64,000 bases of DNA from Patescibacteria group bacterium. Lineage in GTDB: Bacteria; Patescibacteriota; Minisyncoccia; Phycocordibacterales; BOKC01. Where the stretch lies: the NCBI GenBank assembly GCA_038062955.1, contig JBBTWE010000001.1, forward strand, positions 554,271 to 618,270, read 5' to 3'. Below, piece after piece: positions 27,862 to 38,048 of the stretch. A program made the translations under genes and the position numbers. The first letter of the stretch is position 1. Every line of letters begins with the position of its first letter. Below the pieces are notes generated by a model. That model saw only the letters and a program-made list of their open reading frames with translations, was not told the origin of the DNA and did not search any database.

Positions 27862-28572
27862 TTAAGATTTCAGATTTACTTTCGTTTTTTTGTTTTTACC
27901 TGATTCCGAAACAGGGAGTTTATCAGATATACTTTTCAGTGCAACTTTTGGATCAACAACCACCAAATATTTATACTGTAAGAGCATAAGAGGGTTTACA
28001 TTTCTTAGCTCTTCTATTGTTATATTACTGAAATTTCTAAGGCTCATCTCCGCATTTTTATTGCTTTTACTTAAAGCGATAATAGCGTTATTATTTTTCT
28101 TCTCTGAAATTCCTTTAAAACCTTCTACTTTACCTAAATTATTTAAAACTTTTTTAGCATCTTTCGTTTTTGGTTTATCAAAATTTATAGCATCTACAAA
28201 AAGAATTTCATTATCCTTTAGTTTTCTCGAAAGAATTGAGTATAGAGCTTTAGATTTTTTCTTTTTATTGATTTTTTGTGAATAGTCTTTGTCATTACGT
28301 GGACCATGAGAAACTCCTCCACCAACCCAAATAGGAGATCTTGTAGAACCGTGTCTAGCGCGGCCTGTACCCTTTTGTTGCCAAGGTTTTTTACCTCCTC
28401 CACTTACATCCCCTCTGCCTTTAGTGTGAGCTGTTCCACGTCGCATATTTGCTGTCATGCCTAGAGTAACTTCTTTTACCAAATCAGAAGCCCAGGCAAC
28501 ACCAAAAACATCAGTCGGTAAATTTACCTTATCAATCGCTTTTCCTTCCTGGTTGTAAACTACGGATTCCAT
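27862..28572 (-). CDS. rplD: 50S ribosomal protein L4
   Basis: Sequence and order. Confidence 0.9.
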   Translation of the reverse strand: MESVVYNQEGKAIDKVNLPTDVFGVAWASDLVKEVTLGMTANMRRGTAHTKGRGDVSGGGKKPWQQKGTGRARHGSTRSPIWVGGGVSHGPRNDKDYSQKINKKKKSKALYSILSRKLKDNEILFVDAINFDKPKTKDAKKVLNNLGKVEGFKGISEKKNNNAIIALSKSNKNAEMSLRNFSNITIEELRNVNPLMLLQYKYLVVVDPKVALKSISDKLPVSESGKNKKTKVNLKS

Positions 28573-28629
28573 ATTTTTAATTTATTATTTCTTGTTAGAA
28601 CTTTCAGATTTGAGATTTTAGATTACAAT

Positions 28630-29253
28630 CTATATCCCTCTAATTTCTAACAGTGTTCCTCTTCTTCCGGGCACTGCCCCTTTCACAAAAATATAGTTTT
28701 CTGTCTCATTTAAACCGATAACAACCAAATTTTTGACTTTAACTCTATCTCCCCCCATACGTCCTGCCATTCTCATACCCTTAGCAACACGCCCTCCCGC
28801 ACGCCCTCCACCTCCGATAGATCCTGGTTCACGTTCCGAATGTTTCTGACCGTGAGTTCGAGGTCCTCCTCTAAATCCATGTCTTTTTACCACTCCCTGA
28901 AAACCTTTCGATTTAGATATAGCGGCAACTGACACCATATCACCCAAAGAAAAAATGGATGAGTTAATTTTGTCCCCGACTTTATATTTTGATGATTCTT
29001 CCGGAGACACTCTTTCTTCTTTTAAATATTTAAAATTACCGAGTTTTTTCAAATGGCCCATTTGAGGCTTTTTGATGTTTTTAGATTTCCTAAACCCCCC
29101 ACCAATCTGAACAGCGGTGTAGCCATCTTTCGCATCAGTTTTTAGTTGAACAACAGTAACAGGCTCTGTTTTTATAACAGAAGCAGGATAAGACTTACCG
29201 TCTTTCTCAAAAATTTGAGTCATTCCTATTTTTTCTCCTAAGATGAATTTCAT
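28630..29253 (-). CDS. rplC: 50S ribosomal protein L3
   Basis: MKFILGEKIGMTQIF... Start trimmed from the track (29313). Confidence 0.85.
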   Translation of the reverse strand: MKFILGEKIGMTQIFEKDGKSYPASVIKTEPVTVVQLKTDAKDGYTAVQIGGGFRKSKNIKKPQMGHLKKLGNFKYLKEERVSPEESSKYKVGDKINSSIFSLGDMVSVAAISKSKGFQGVVKRHGFRGGPRTHGQKHSEREPGSIGGGGRAGGRVAKGMRMAGRMGGDRVKVKNLVVIGLNETENYIFVKGAVPGRRGTLLEIRGI

Positions 29254-29360
29254 ATCGGCTATAAAAGTTATATATGTCTGCAGCAGATTATAAGTTTTCA
29301 CGCTATAAGTCAATGACTTAGGGCAAATTTACAGAAGGTCATCAATAATCTCTGTTTCTA

Positions 29361-29482
29361 AAACTTTCAGATTTGAGTGCAGTACTAGGCGCGAGCGAGG
29401 AGCGAACCGAGGCCTATTTGGCAATAGGACGAGGGAGCACCGGAGCAAAGTAACGACGTAATGCACTAAATGTGGAAGTTTT
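29361..29482. mobile_element. MITE-like element (same family), abutting rpsJ stop
   Basis: TIR AAACTTTCAGATTTGAG / AAATGTGGAAGTTTT. Internal core is the reverse complement of the core at 36855-36976. Confidence 0.55.
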
Positions 29483-29861
29483 AGATAATTTTGACATCTA
29501 TATCAACCCCTGAAGGCAAACTCATATTCGTAAGCGATTCGATAATCGCAGGCGCCGGGTTAATGATATCTATCAGTCTTTTGTGCACCCTCATTTCAAA
29601 CTGCTCTCTTGCGTTCTTATAAACGAAAGCCGCCCTGTTAACAGTGTACTTTTTTATTTCTGTTGGGAGAGGGATCGGCCCCAACACTTTGGCATCAAAC
29701 CGAAGAGCTGTGTCGATTATTTGTTTAACCGATAAATCTAATACTTTATATTCATAAGCTCTCACTCGGATGCGAAGCTTGGTGATAGCATTCAAGCCTC
29801 CAGCATTTTTTATGGATGCAGCTTTGGTTTTTTTTGTCGTTACTTTTTTAGTGGTAGGCAT
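29481..29861 (-). CDS. rpsJ: 30S ribosomal protein S10 (N-terminal Lys-rich extension)
   Basis: GPIPLPT...HKRLIDI motifs. Confidence 0.9.
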   Translation of the reverse strand: MPTTKKVTTKKTKAASIKNAGGLNAITKLRIRVRAYEYKVLDLSVKQIIDTALRFDAKVLGPIPLPTEIKKYTVNRAAFVYKNAREQFEMRVHKRLIDIINPAPAIIESLTNMSLPSGVDIDVKII

Positions 29862-29909
29862 ATGAATATTTTATTTGTAAAAGTACCAGATAAATCAACT
29901 AGGAGAACG

Positions 29910-31100
29910 TTAGGCAGCTATTTTTGTTACCACACCTGCTCCTACAGTCTTTCCTCCCTCTCGGATAGCAAATCTTTGCTGAACTTCTAGGGCAATTGGA
30001 GCAACCAATTTAACTTTAAATTTAACTGTGTCTCCTGGCATAACCATCTCTACTCCTTCTGGCAAAGTAGCTTCTCCAGTAACGTCAGTAGTTCTCATGT
30101 AAAACTGTGGCTTGTAACCTGAAAAGAATGGGGTGTGTCGTCCGCCTTCTTCTTTCTTAAGAACGTAGATTTCAGCTTCAAATTCTGTATGAGGAGTCAC
30201 TGAACCTGGTTTAGCCAAAACTTGTCCACGATGAACATCTTCTTTCTTGAGACCTCGGAGAAGAATTCCGGCGTTATCTCCAGCCAAACCTTCTGAAAGA
30301 GATTTGTTGAACATTTCAATTCCAGTCACAACAGTTTTAGCTGTTGGATGAAGACCGATAATTTCAATTTCTTCACCAACTTTTACTGTACCTCTTTCGA
30401 TTCTTCCGGTAACCACAGTTCCTCGGCCTTCAATTGAGAAGATGTCTTCAACTGGCATAAGGAATGGCTTATCTACCTCTCTCTTTGGCATTGGAATATA
30501 TTCATCAAGAGTGTTGGCAAGTTCCAAAACCTTCTTTGACCAATCATCATTATTATCTTTAGCTTCGAGCGCTTTAAGAGCAGAACCTCTTATAATCGGA
30601 GCAGTTTTTCCATCAAAATCATACTTGGAGAGTAATTCTCTAACTTCTTCTTCCACGAGATCAATAAGTTCAGGATCAGGAACCATATCGCACTTATTCA
30701 AGAAGACGATAATCTTTGGCACACCAACTTGTTTTGCAAGAAGAATATGTTCTCTGGTCTGTGGCATAACACCGTCAGTTGCGGCAACAACCAAGATCGC
30801 ACCGTCCATTTGGGCGGCACCAGTAATCATGTTCTTGATGTAATCAGCATGTCCTGGAGCATCAATGTGAGCATAGTGTCTTTTAGCTGTTTCGTACTCG
30901 TTGTGAGAAAGAGCAATAGTAATACCTCGAGCTTTTTCTTCTGGAGCGGAGTCAATTTGGTCTACTCCTTTTATTTTTACGTCAAAACCAGCTCGGTGAA
31001 GAACGTTTAAAATAGCTGCTGTTAAAGTAGTTTTCCCGTGATCAACGTGACCGATGGTTCCTACGTTAACATGGGGTTTGCTTCTATTAAATTCTGCCAT
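29910..31100 (-). CDS. tuf: Elongation factor Tu
   Basis: [25 protein letters not shown]... Track start 31127 runs into the MITE, so trimmed to 31100. Confidence 0.95.
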   Translation of the reverse strand: MAEFNRSKPHVNVGTIGHVDHGKTTLTAAILNVLHRAGFDVKIKGVDQIDSAPEEKARGITIALSHNEYETAKRHYAHIDAPGHADYIKNMITGAAQMDGAILVVAATDGVMPQTREHILLAKQVGVPKIIVFLNKCDMVPDPELIDLVEEEVRELLSKYDFDGKTAPIIRGSALKALEAKDNNDDWSKKVLELANTLDEYIPMPKREVDKPFLMPVEDIFSIEGRGTVVTGRIERGTVKVGEEIEIIGLHPTAKTVVTGIEMFNKSLSEGLAGDNAGILLRGLKKEDVHRGQVLAKPGSVTPHTEFEAEIYVLKKEEGGRHTPFFSGYKPQFYMRTTDVTGEATLPEGVEMVMPGDTVKFKVKLVAPIALEVQQRFAIREGGKTVGAGVVTKIAA

Positions 31101-31108
31101 AGTGTTAT

Positions 31109-31261
31109 AACTTTCACATTTGGCCAATTACTTTGCTAAAATCTGCGCTTCGATGCTGATTTCTACATCATAGAAATCATGTCGGAAGATTTTTTATCAC
31201 GAAGTGATATAAAATTTCTGACTCAGTTTTATCAAAGAACTTGTCTCAAATCTGGAAGTTC
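31109..31261. mobile_element. MITE-like element immediately upstream of tuf
   Basis: TIR AACTTTCACATTTGGCC / CAAATCTGGAAGTTC. Contains the GAAATCATGTCGGAAGATTTTTTATCACGAAGTGATATAAAATTTC module shared with 50371 and 62280. Confidence 0.55.
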
Positions 31262-31394
31262 TAAGTTATTAGTAAATAATTATTAAAATTTTATCAAAAT
31301 TTAAATCAAATTGATTATTTTTGCTTACATACAAAAACAAAAATAGCGCAAAAGCGTTATCTGACATATTAACAAACATAATAAAAGAGTCAAC

Positions 31395-31459
31395 CCCGTA
31401 GTAGATTTTGGCATAGCAACTTCGTTGCGACAGCAACAATGCCAAAATCTACTACGGGG
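31395..31459. repeat. Long hairpin repeat (family B): CCCCGTAGTAGATTTTGGCAT ... ATGCCAAAATCTACTACGGGG
   Basis: Perfect 21-bp arms. Homologous copy at 63245-63301. The CTACTACGGG motif recurs at 9292, 36493, 54370 and 54466. Confidence 0.7.
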
Positions 31460-31487
31460 TCAAGGGATGATTTAGTTTTATAGGTTA

Positions 31488-31560
31488 ACCCGCCTAAATT
31501 TTTCTTGAAAAACTTTGGCGGGTAAAAGAAAAGACCCGTACCGAAGTACAGGCCCCATTT
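31488..31560. repeat. About 70-bp repeat (family C) at the 3' end of a GC-rich gene
   Basis: TTAACCCGCCTAAATTTTTC...GGCGGGTAAAAGAAAAGACCC. Homologous copy at 42762-42835 in the same position relative to another GC-rich minus-strand gene. Confidence 0.65.
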
Positions 31561-32072
31561 TAGGCTTTGGAATGCACTTGGCGAGAGAACACTCGACAAT
31601 TGCCAAAGCCCCTGTGAGACCACTTGAATGAACTGTGTGTGGTCATAGCGCCAATACGCCAACTACCATCAATCCAGGACACGTAGACAGTACGAAGCGT
31701 ACCTGCAACATCTCTGACATAGAAAATGTTGGCCATGGCATTTGTAAGAAGAACACCACGTTCACGATTCTCTTGCATCTTCATGAGAGAAGACATCACC
31801 GTCAAGGTGGTTTCAGCTTTTGCTTCACCACCAAGTTCATCTATGATGGAACTGTTGCAACAGGGCTGACACAATTCGTGATAACAGAGAGTCTGTTCGT
31901 CTTGTGGCTCCTCAACCTTGCCGTCACCCGCGAAAAACCAAATGTTGAAATTTTTTCTGGGGCAGTTTGGTCTTGCCTTAACTTCTCCACGACCGAACTT
32001 GGTCTTGGCAACCAACTTTTCAGCACTTGCAGACATGACAATCGTCCCAACAGTCTTGAGAATTGCAGACAT
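31560..32072 (-). CDS. Hypothetical Cys-containing protein (GC about 50%) inserted between fusA and tuf
   Basis: 170 aa. AGGAGG RBS 7 nt upstream of ATG. No recognisable domain. ORFs on the opposite strand overlap it. Confidence 0.5.
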   Translation of the reverse strand: MSAILKTVGTIVMSASAEKLVAKTKFGRGEVKARPNCPRKNFNIWFFAGDGKVEEPQDEQTLCYHELCQPCCNSSIIDELGGEAKAETTLTVMSSLMKMQENRERGVLLTNAMANIFYVRDVAGTLRTVYVSWIDGSWRIGAMTTHSSFKWSHRGFGNCRVFSRQVHSKA

Positions 32073-32319
32073 GACACACCTCCTAGATGTGTTTTGAATT
32101 GGATTTGTGACTTAGCGAAGTTGCTTTGCCACAGCAGGAGAAAGCCCAGGTTTTGGGCTGCATTCTGCTGTGGCAAACACGTATTTCTAACAAAGAACAA
32201 TCAAATATAGTATACACCCTTGCAGTATTTTTGTCAAGAACAAATTAGCCCTAGAAACAAGGTTAGTTTATGTATAAACAGGGTAAATAAGGAAAAAATA
32301 GTAGCAAATCAAAATTCTT

Positions 32320-34464
32320 TTACTTGCGAGATTCGATGATTTCAAGAGCTACGTTTTGAGGCACAATAGCATAATGATCAAATTCCATTGTTGAAGTACC
32401 ACGGCCAGAGGTCATAGAGCGTAGGGTTGTAACGTAACCGAACATTTCAGAGAGAGGAACAGTTGCTTTGATAGTTTTAAGATCACCTCGTTCTTCCATT
32501 CCTTCAATCTGTCCGCGTCTTCCACTCAAATCACCAGAAATATCACCCATGAATTTCTCTGGAGTAACGACTTCAACTCTCATGATTGGTTCAAGTAAAA
32601 CTGGCTTTGCTTTTTTGGCAGCTTCCTGAAAAGCTTGGGAGGCAGCAATTTTGTAGGCAATTTCTGAAGAATCAACATCGTGGTAAGAACCGAAAAGAAG
32701 ATCGCAAGAAATATTTGTCATCTTGAAACCAGCCACAATTCCCCTCTCGGTTGCTTCTTTAAGACCCTTTTCTACAGCTGGAATAAATTCTTGTGGAATA
32801 GCGCCTCCTTTGATGGAATCAATGAATTCAAAATCTCCAGTTCTCTTAACATTTTTAGGCACTTTCTTTTCTGGATCAAGTTTCTCCATTGGGGCAATCT
32901 TGATTTTAACGTGACCGTACTGTCCCTTACCTCCGGATTGCTTAATGTATTTAACTTCAGCTTCAGCGGTTCCAGTCACAGTTTCTTTGTAAGCTACTTG
33001 AGGTTTACCAACAGCTGTCTCAACAGAAAATTCTCTTTTCATACGATCAACCAAAATTTCTAGGTGAAGCTCTCCCATACCCATGATGATAGTTTCCCCA
33101 GTTTCGGCATCACTTTTAATTCTGAATGTTGGGTCTTCATCCGAAAGACGTTTAAGAGCCATACCCATTTTTTCTTGGTCGGCTTTTGTTTTAGGTTCAA
33201 TACGAAGAGAAATAACTGGCTCTGGAACAACAATTTTATCCAAAATAATCGGATTTTTCTCATCACAAAGAGTGTGAGAGGTTTTAGCTTCTTTAAGACC
33301 CACAGCGGCGGCAATTTCTCCGGAATAAACCTTCTTTACCTCCTCTCTCTTGTCTGCCTGAAGTCTCACGATACGGCCTAAGCGCTCGGTCTTTCCGGTT
33401 GAGGAATTGTAAATATAGGTACCGGCTTCCACTACTCCAGAATAAACTCTAAAGAATGCGAGTTGGCCCACGAATGGATCGTTTTGCAGTTTAAACACAA
33501 GAGCAGAAAGAGGCTCTTCATCGGATGGATGCCTCAACACTTCTTCATTGGTGTCAGGATGAACTCCCTTTACCGCTTTAATATCAAGCGGAGACGGCAA
33601 ATACTCGGTAACTGCATCGAGAACGAGCTGAACTCCTTTATTTTTAAGAGCGGAGCCAGTAAATACTGGAAAGAGACTACTACTGATTGTTGCTTTTCGA
33701 ATTGTTTTCTTCAAATCCTCGATTGAAATTTCTTTCCCTTCGAGATATGCGCTCATAAGGACATCATCAAATTCAACTACCTTCTCAACTAATTCTGCTC
33801 GGTATTTTTTTGACTCTGCGAGCATATCGGCCGGAATTTCTTTCTCGATAATGTTTATTCCTTTTTCACCGTCAAAATAATAGGCCTTCATCTTGAGGAG
33901 ATCAATCACTCCTTCAAAATTTTCTTCAGAGCCGATTGGCAACTGCATTCTTACAGCATTTTTATTCAAACGATCAAGAATTGAAGCGAAAGATTTATTG
34001 AAACTCGCTCCCATTCTATCGAGCTTATTGATGAAACAGATTCTTGGCACTTTTCCTTCATCGGCATATCGCCAATTAGTTTCTGATTGCGGTTCTACGC
34101 CGGCGACACCGTCGAACACCACGACCGCGCCGTCTAGTACACGGAGAGATCTTTTTACTTCAATTGTAAAATCAATGTGTCCTGGAGTATCGATAATATT
34201 GAAACGAAATTTCTTCGAATCATCCCCTTTTGGCATGTAGGTTGGATTCCAAAAACAAGTAATAGCGGCGGCGGTAATAGTAATACCTCTTTCTCTTTCT
34301 TGTTCCATCCAATCAGTGGTGGTTTCGCCCTCATGAACTTCACCGATCTTATGAATCATTCCGGTGTAATACAAAATACGCTCACTGGTTGTGGTTTTCC
34401 CAGCATCAATGTGCGCGATAATACCGAAATTACGTACTTTTTCTAGAGGATAATCACGATTCAT
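32320..34464 (-). CDS. fusA: Elongation factor G
   Basis: 714 aa, GTPase motifs [17 protein letters not shown]. Confidence 0.95.
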   Translation of the reverse strand: MNRDYPLEKVRNFGIIAHIDAGKTTTSERILYYTGMIHKIGEVHEGETTTDWMEQERERGITITAAAITCFWNPTYMPKGDDSKKFRFNIIDTPGHIDFTIEVKRSLRVLDGAVVVFDGVAGVEPQSETNWRYADEGKVPRICFINKLDRMGASFNKSFASILDRLNKNAVRMQLPIGSEENFEGVIDLLKMKAYYFDGEKGINIIEKEIPADMLAESKKYRAELVEKVVEFDDVLMSAYLEGKEISIEDLKKTIRKATISSSLFPVFTGSALKNKGVQLVLDAVTEYLPSPLDIKAVKGVHPDTNEEVLRHPSDEEPLSALVFKLQNDPFVGQLAFFRVYSGVVEAGTYIYNSSTGKTERLGRIVRLQADKREEVKKVYSGEIAAAVGLKEAKTSHTLCDEKNPIILDKIVVPEPVISLRIEPKTKADQEKMGMALKRLSDEDPTFRIKSDAETGETIIMGMGELHLEILVDRMKREFSVETAVGKPQVAYKETVTGTAEAEVKYIKQSGGKGQYGHVKIKIAPMEKLDPEKKVPKNVKRTGDFEFIDSIKGGAIPQEFIPAVEKGLKEATERGIVAGFKMTNISCDLLFGSYHDVDSSEIAYKIAASQAFQEAAKKAKPVLLEPIMRVEVVTPEKFMGDISGDLSGRRGQIEGMEERGDLKTIKATVPLSEMFGYVTTLRSMTSGRGTSTMEFDHYAIVPQNVALEIIESRK

Positions 34465-34755
34465 ATGATTTAAGATTTACGATTTATGATTTAAGAAATC
34501 AGTTAATTACTTTTTAAAAATTGTTCGAGCGATTATTATTATCGCATGAAATGGGCGATCCCAGTTCTAATTTTAATTGTAAATCAACTAGCAAAGCGCT
34601 TCGCCCATACAAGGAAGCGCTATTCGCGCACGCGCTTTGCGTGAGAAAGTGATTGAGCTTCTTTCAATTACGTTCTGTAAAAATAACTTGGTAAAATTAG
34701 AACAGGATGCTCCATTTTGCTAAGTAATTTTTCGACGGCAAAAGCCGTCTAAAAA

Positions 34756-35226
34756 TTACCAAGCAAAATGGGCAAACGCCTTGTTCGACTCCGCCATTCT
34801 GTGAGTATTTTCCCTCTTTTTCATAGCTTCACCCTCACTCTTGCTTGCCGCAATGAGCTCATCAGCAAGCTTCATGGCCATAGGAACTCCTTTTCGGCTT
34901 CTAGCAGCCTCAATTATCCATTTCATAGACATTGCTTGTCTGCGTTCTGGTCTAACTTCTCTTGGAATCTGATAATTAGCTCCTCCAACACGGCGAGATC
35001 TAACTTCCATAGAAGGACTAGTGTTTTTTATAGCAGTATCAAAAATTTCTAGAGGATTTTCTGTTTTGGCCTTTTCTTTTATGAGATCCATCGCTTCATA
35101 GACAACTTTCCTGGCAACTTCTTTTTTGCCGTCGTTCATCACGTAATTTATAAATTTATCCACCTTAACGGAGTTAAATTTAAAGTCTGGATGAATTTCT
35201 CTTTTTGTTCTGATTTTTCTTCTCAT
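34756..35226 (-). CDS. rpsG: 30S ribosomal protein S7
   Basis: Sequence and order. Confidence 0.9.
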   Translation of the reverse strand: MRRKIRTKREIHPDFKFNSVKVDKFINYVMNDGKKEVARKVVYEAMDLIKEKAKTENPLEIFDTAIKNTSPSMEVRSRRVGGANYQIPREVRPERRQAMSMKWIIEAARSRKGVPMAMKLADELIAASKSEGEAMKKRENTHRMAESNKAFAHFAW

Positions 35227-35247
35227 AATTTTAGATTTTTAGTGATT

Positions 35248-35664
35248 CTATTTAGCAGCCTTCGGTTTTTTAGCTCCGTACTGGCTTCTGCCTTTCATTC
35301 TTTTCTCTACACCTGTTGCATCAAGCACACCTCTTACGATGGTATACCGGAGACCAACGTCTTTTACTCTACCACCGCGGATCATAACCACTGAATGCTC
35401 TTGGAGATTGTGTCCAATACCTGGAATGTACGCAGTTACTTCCATACCATTTGTGAGTCGAACTCTCGCAATTTTTCGAATAGCGGAGTTTGGTTTCTTA
35501 GGAGTTTTAGTTGTTACTTTAATACATACACCTCTTTTAAAAGGAGCTGGAAAATAAACCGGTCGATTTTTTAAAGTATTAAAACCACGAGCCAAAGCAA
35601 CGGCCTTTGATTTTTTATATACTTTTATTCTTTTTCTTCGGACTAATTGATTTATTGTCGGCAT
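35248..35664 (-). CDS. rpsL: 30S ribosomal protein S12
   Basis: [10 protein letters not shown]... Confidence 0.95.
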   Translation of the reverse strand: MPTINQLVRRKRIKVYKKSKAVALARGFNTLKNRPVYFPAPFKRGVCIKVTTKTPKKPNSAIRKIARVRLTNGMEVTAYIPGIGHNLQEHSVVMIRGGRVKDVGLRYTIVRGVLDATGVEKRMKGRSQYGAKKPKAAK

Positions 35665-35751
35665 GTTTCAATCTTAAATCTGAAATCTTCGATCTCAAAT
35701 CTGTTTATACGAATAGGCAATACTTTAATACTTTTCCTATAAAAATGCAAA

Positions 35752-36384
35752 TCAAAATGGTAGGCCGGTTAAAAGACCATAAAGCCAGCCGATGAGTGGA
35801 GAAACGAAATCCCATAAAAAGAAAACGAAAAAAAGAACAATCACGAATCCGAATTGTTCCAAGCGATCTTTGAGACCTTGAAATCGCAAAGGCAAAATTG
35901 AAAATAAAATCTTCGAACCATCTAGAGGCGGAATTGGGATTAAGTTAAAAAGGCCTAAAACTATATTTAAAATAACGATAGAGCTTCCTAAATTTATAAA
36001 TGCTGGAGAAACACCAAAATTTATTCCAAACCTTATTACCAAGCCAAAAATTACTGCTAAAAATAAATTGGTGATAGGACCTGCCGCCGCAACAATTAAT
36101 TCTCCCCACTTTTGATTTCGAAGATTGTACGGATTATAAGGAACGGGTTTGGCCCAACCAAAAATTATGCCGGTGCCCAAAATTTGAAGCATTAAAGGGA
36201 TAAATATTGAACCGACAGGATCAATATGCTTTATTGGATTCAAAGTAAGCCTGCCGGCGTGTTTGGCAGTATTGTCCCCCAAGAAAAGCGCGGCATAACC
36301 ATGAGAAAGTTCGTGGAGAATGACCGACATTATGAGGATTATGATTATAAAAATGAAATCCATCCCGTTAGTGAAAAATGGCAT
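35752..36384 (-). CDS. Site-2 protease family (M50) zinc metalloprotease
   Basis: HELSH within TM1, polytopic, LDG motif. Confidence 0.75.
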   Translation of the reverse strand: MPFFTNGMDFIFIIIILIMSVILHELSHGYAALFLGDNTAKHAGRLTLNPIKHIDPVGSIFIPLMLQILGTGIIFGWAKPVPYNPYNLRNQKWGELIVAAAGPITNLFLAVIFGLVIRFGINFGVSPAFINLGSSIVILNIVLGLFNLIPIPPLDGSKILFSILPLRFQGLKDRLEQFGFVIVLFFVFFLWDFVSPLIGWLYGLLTGLPF

Positions 36385-36615
36385 TATTTGCTCGCCATTA
36401 TCAATTTAATTTATAAACAATATATTAAAACTATATAAATTATATTATTCTTAATTATCTTTCTCGCAAATAAATAAGAGCTATGCCATTTTCTACTACG
36501 GGATCCATACTAAAAGTGTAAATATTCTCCTATTTGATTTTTAACCAGCTTATGATAACATGCCAGAACATATTTTAAGTCCTTATAACCTACAAACTTA
36601 TAACTTTTAAACAAT

Positions 36616-36855
36616 ATGAGAGTCTGTCCAATAACAAATAAAAAAACAATTGTCGGCGGGGGTTACAGTAACAGAACTCGTGCTACCCAGTTTAATCCAA
36701 CTGGTAAAAGAACCAAAAAACCTAATATCCAAAGAAAAAGGATCTATATTCCTGAACTCAAAAAAACTATTTCTATAAATATTTCAACTAAAGGCCTCCG
36801 AACTATCAATAAGAACGGGGCCTACATCACCCTCAAAAAAGCCGGCATCATATAG
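36616..36855 (+). CDS. rpmB: 50S ribosomal protein L28
   Basis: MRVCPITNKKTIVGG... Confidence 0.85.
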   Translation: MRVCPITNKKTIVGGGYSNRTRATQFNPTGKRTKKPNIQRKRIYIPELKKTISINISTKGLRTINKNGAYITLKKAGII

Positions 36856-36976
36856 AACTTGTAATTTTGACGCAACTTCGTCGTTACTTCGCTCCGGTGC
36901 TCCCTCGTCCTATTTATTAATAGGCCTCAGTTCGCTCCTCACTCGCGCCTAGAATTGCATCCAAAATTACAAGTTC
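36855..36976. mobile_element. MITE-like element with perfect 15-bp TIR (GAACTTGTAATTTTG / CAAAATTACAAGTTC)
   Basis: Abuts rpmB stop. Internal sequence is the reverse complement of the 29361 copy's core. Confidence 0.6.
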
Positions 36977-37015
36977 TAAGGAAAAAGAAGGCCTCTGCAG
37001 TAAAGCGAGGTTTTT

Positions 37016-37885
37016 TTATTTATTAGAAAAAGAACGAACGTCTAAATTTTTTCCATCAGACTCAATCAAAATCGTTCCTAAATCATAAGTTCCTAAAATT
37101 TCTATATTATGAGAGTTTAAAATATCAATCACTTCCTTATGGGGATGGCCGTAACTATTATCTTTTCCTGCTTGAATTACTGCGTATCTCGGATTTACCG
37201 TCTCAATAAATGAAGTTGCACTTGAAGTTCTCGAGCCATGATGACCGATCTTTAAAACATCGCTTTCTAAATTTTCACCATCTAAATACACTAAATATTC
37301 TTCAATTGATTGAGGAGAATCTCCGGTAAGTAGGAAGCTCTTTTCTCCATACACCAATTTACCAACAATTGAGGCAACATTTGTTTCGACATCCAACACA
37401 TCTCTATCTGGAAAAAGAATAATAAACTTTGCCCCTCCCCCCAAATCAACAGTCACTCCCCTCCGCGCAACAATTCTTTTAGTGTCTTTTTTTGATAGGG
37501 CAACTTCAAAATTTCCAAGAACCGCGGTTTCAGCGTTAACATTTGGATCTATTTCAAAATCAACATCGTAATTTTTCAAAACCTCGACCAGCCCGCCTAT
37601 ATGATCTTTGTCTGGGTGTGTCGACACAACTACATCAATTTTTCTATCATGAAAAGGAAGAACTTTTGATAATTCTTGAAGAACAGTTTTTCCTGGACCC
37701 CCATCAACGATCATTTTATTGCCAGATGGAGATTTAATAAAAATCGAATCTCCTTGCCCTATATCTAGAAAATAAACTAAAAGTTTGTCGTTTTGCTCCC
37801 AAGCGACCACATACCAAACAAAAACATTCACTAAAATCAAAAGGCTGACAAGATATTCTTTGGAATGTCTAGCTAGTTTTTGCAT
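37016..37885 (-). CDS. ComEC/Rec2-type metallo-beta-lactamase domain protein (stand-alone)
   Basis: N-terminal TM anchor then MBL motifs (HPDKDHIGG, GHHGS). Matches the C-terminal domain of ComEC. Confidence 0.7.
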   Translation of the reverse strand: MQKLARHSKEYLVSLLILVNVFVWYVVAWEQNDKLLVYFLDIGQGDSIFIKSPSGNKMIVDGGPGKTVLQELSKVLPFHDRKIDVVVSTHPDKDHIGGLVEVLKNYDVDFEIDPNVNAETAVLGNFEVALSKKDTKRIVARRGVTVDLGGGAKFIILFPDRDVLDVETNVASIVGKLVYGEKSFLLTGDSPQSIEEYLVYLDGENLESDVLKIGHHGSRTSSATSFIETVNPRYAVIQAGKDNSYGHPHKEVIDILNSHNIEILGTYDLGTILIESDGKNLDVRSFSNK

Positions 37886-38048
37886 TGTAATGATTATATT
37901 TCAATAAAGAAAATAGATATAATATATTTAAATTAAGTCAAAACTCAAAAGGCAAAAATCAAAATTTAAAGTAAAAAGTGTTAAATTTAATAATATTAGA
38001 TTCTTTTTTGACTTTTGGATTTTTAATTGCAATTTTGACCTTTGAATT

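Noticed and set aside
29910-31127. EF-Tu with [10 protein letters not shown]-terminal extension
   Set aside because: Extension is translated from MITE sequence. Canonical EF-Tu N-terminus starts at the internal Met (31100).
31390-31662. 90-aa and 67-aa minus-strand ORFs (31390-31662 and 42635-42838) sharing GLFFYPPKF..KNFGGL
   Set aside because: Their similarity is simply the translation of the family C/B DNA repeats. No RBS, and they overlap hairpin repeats.
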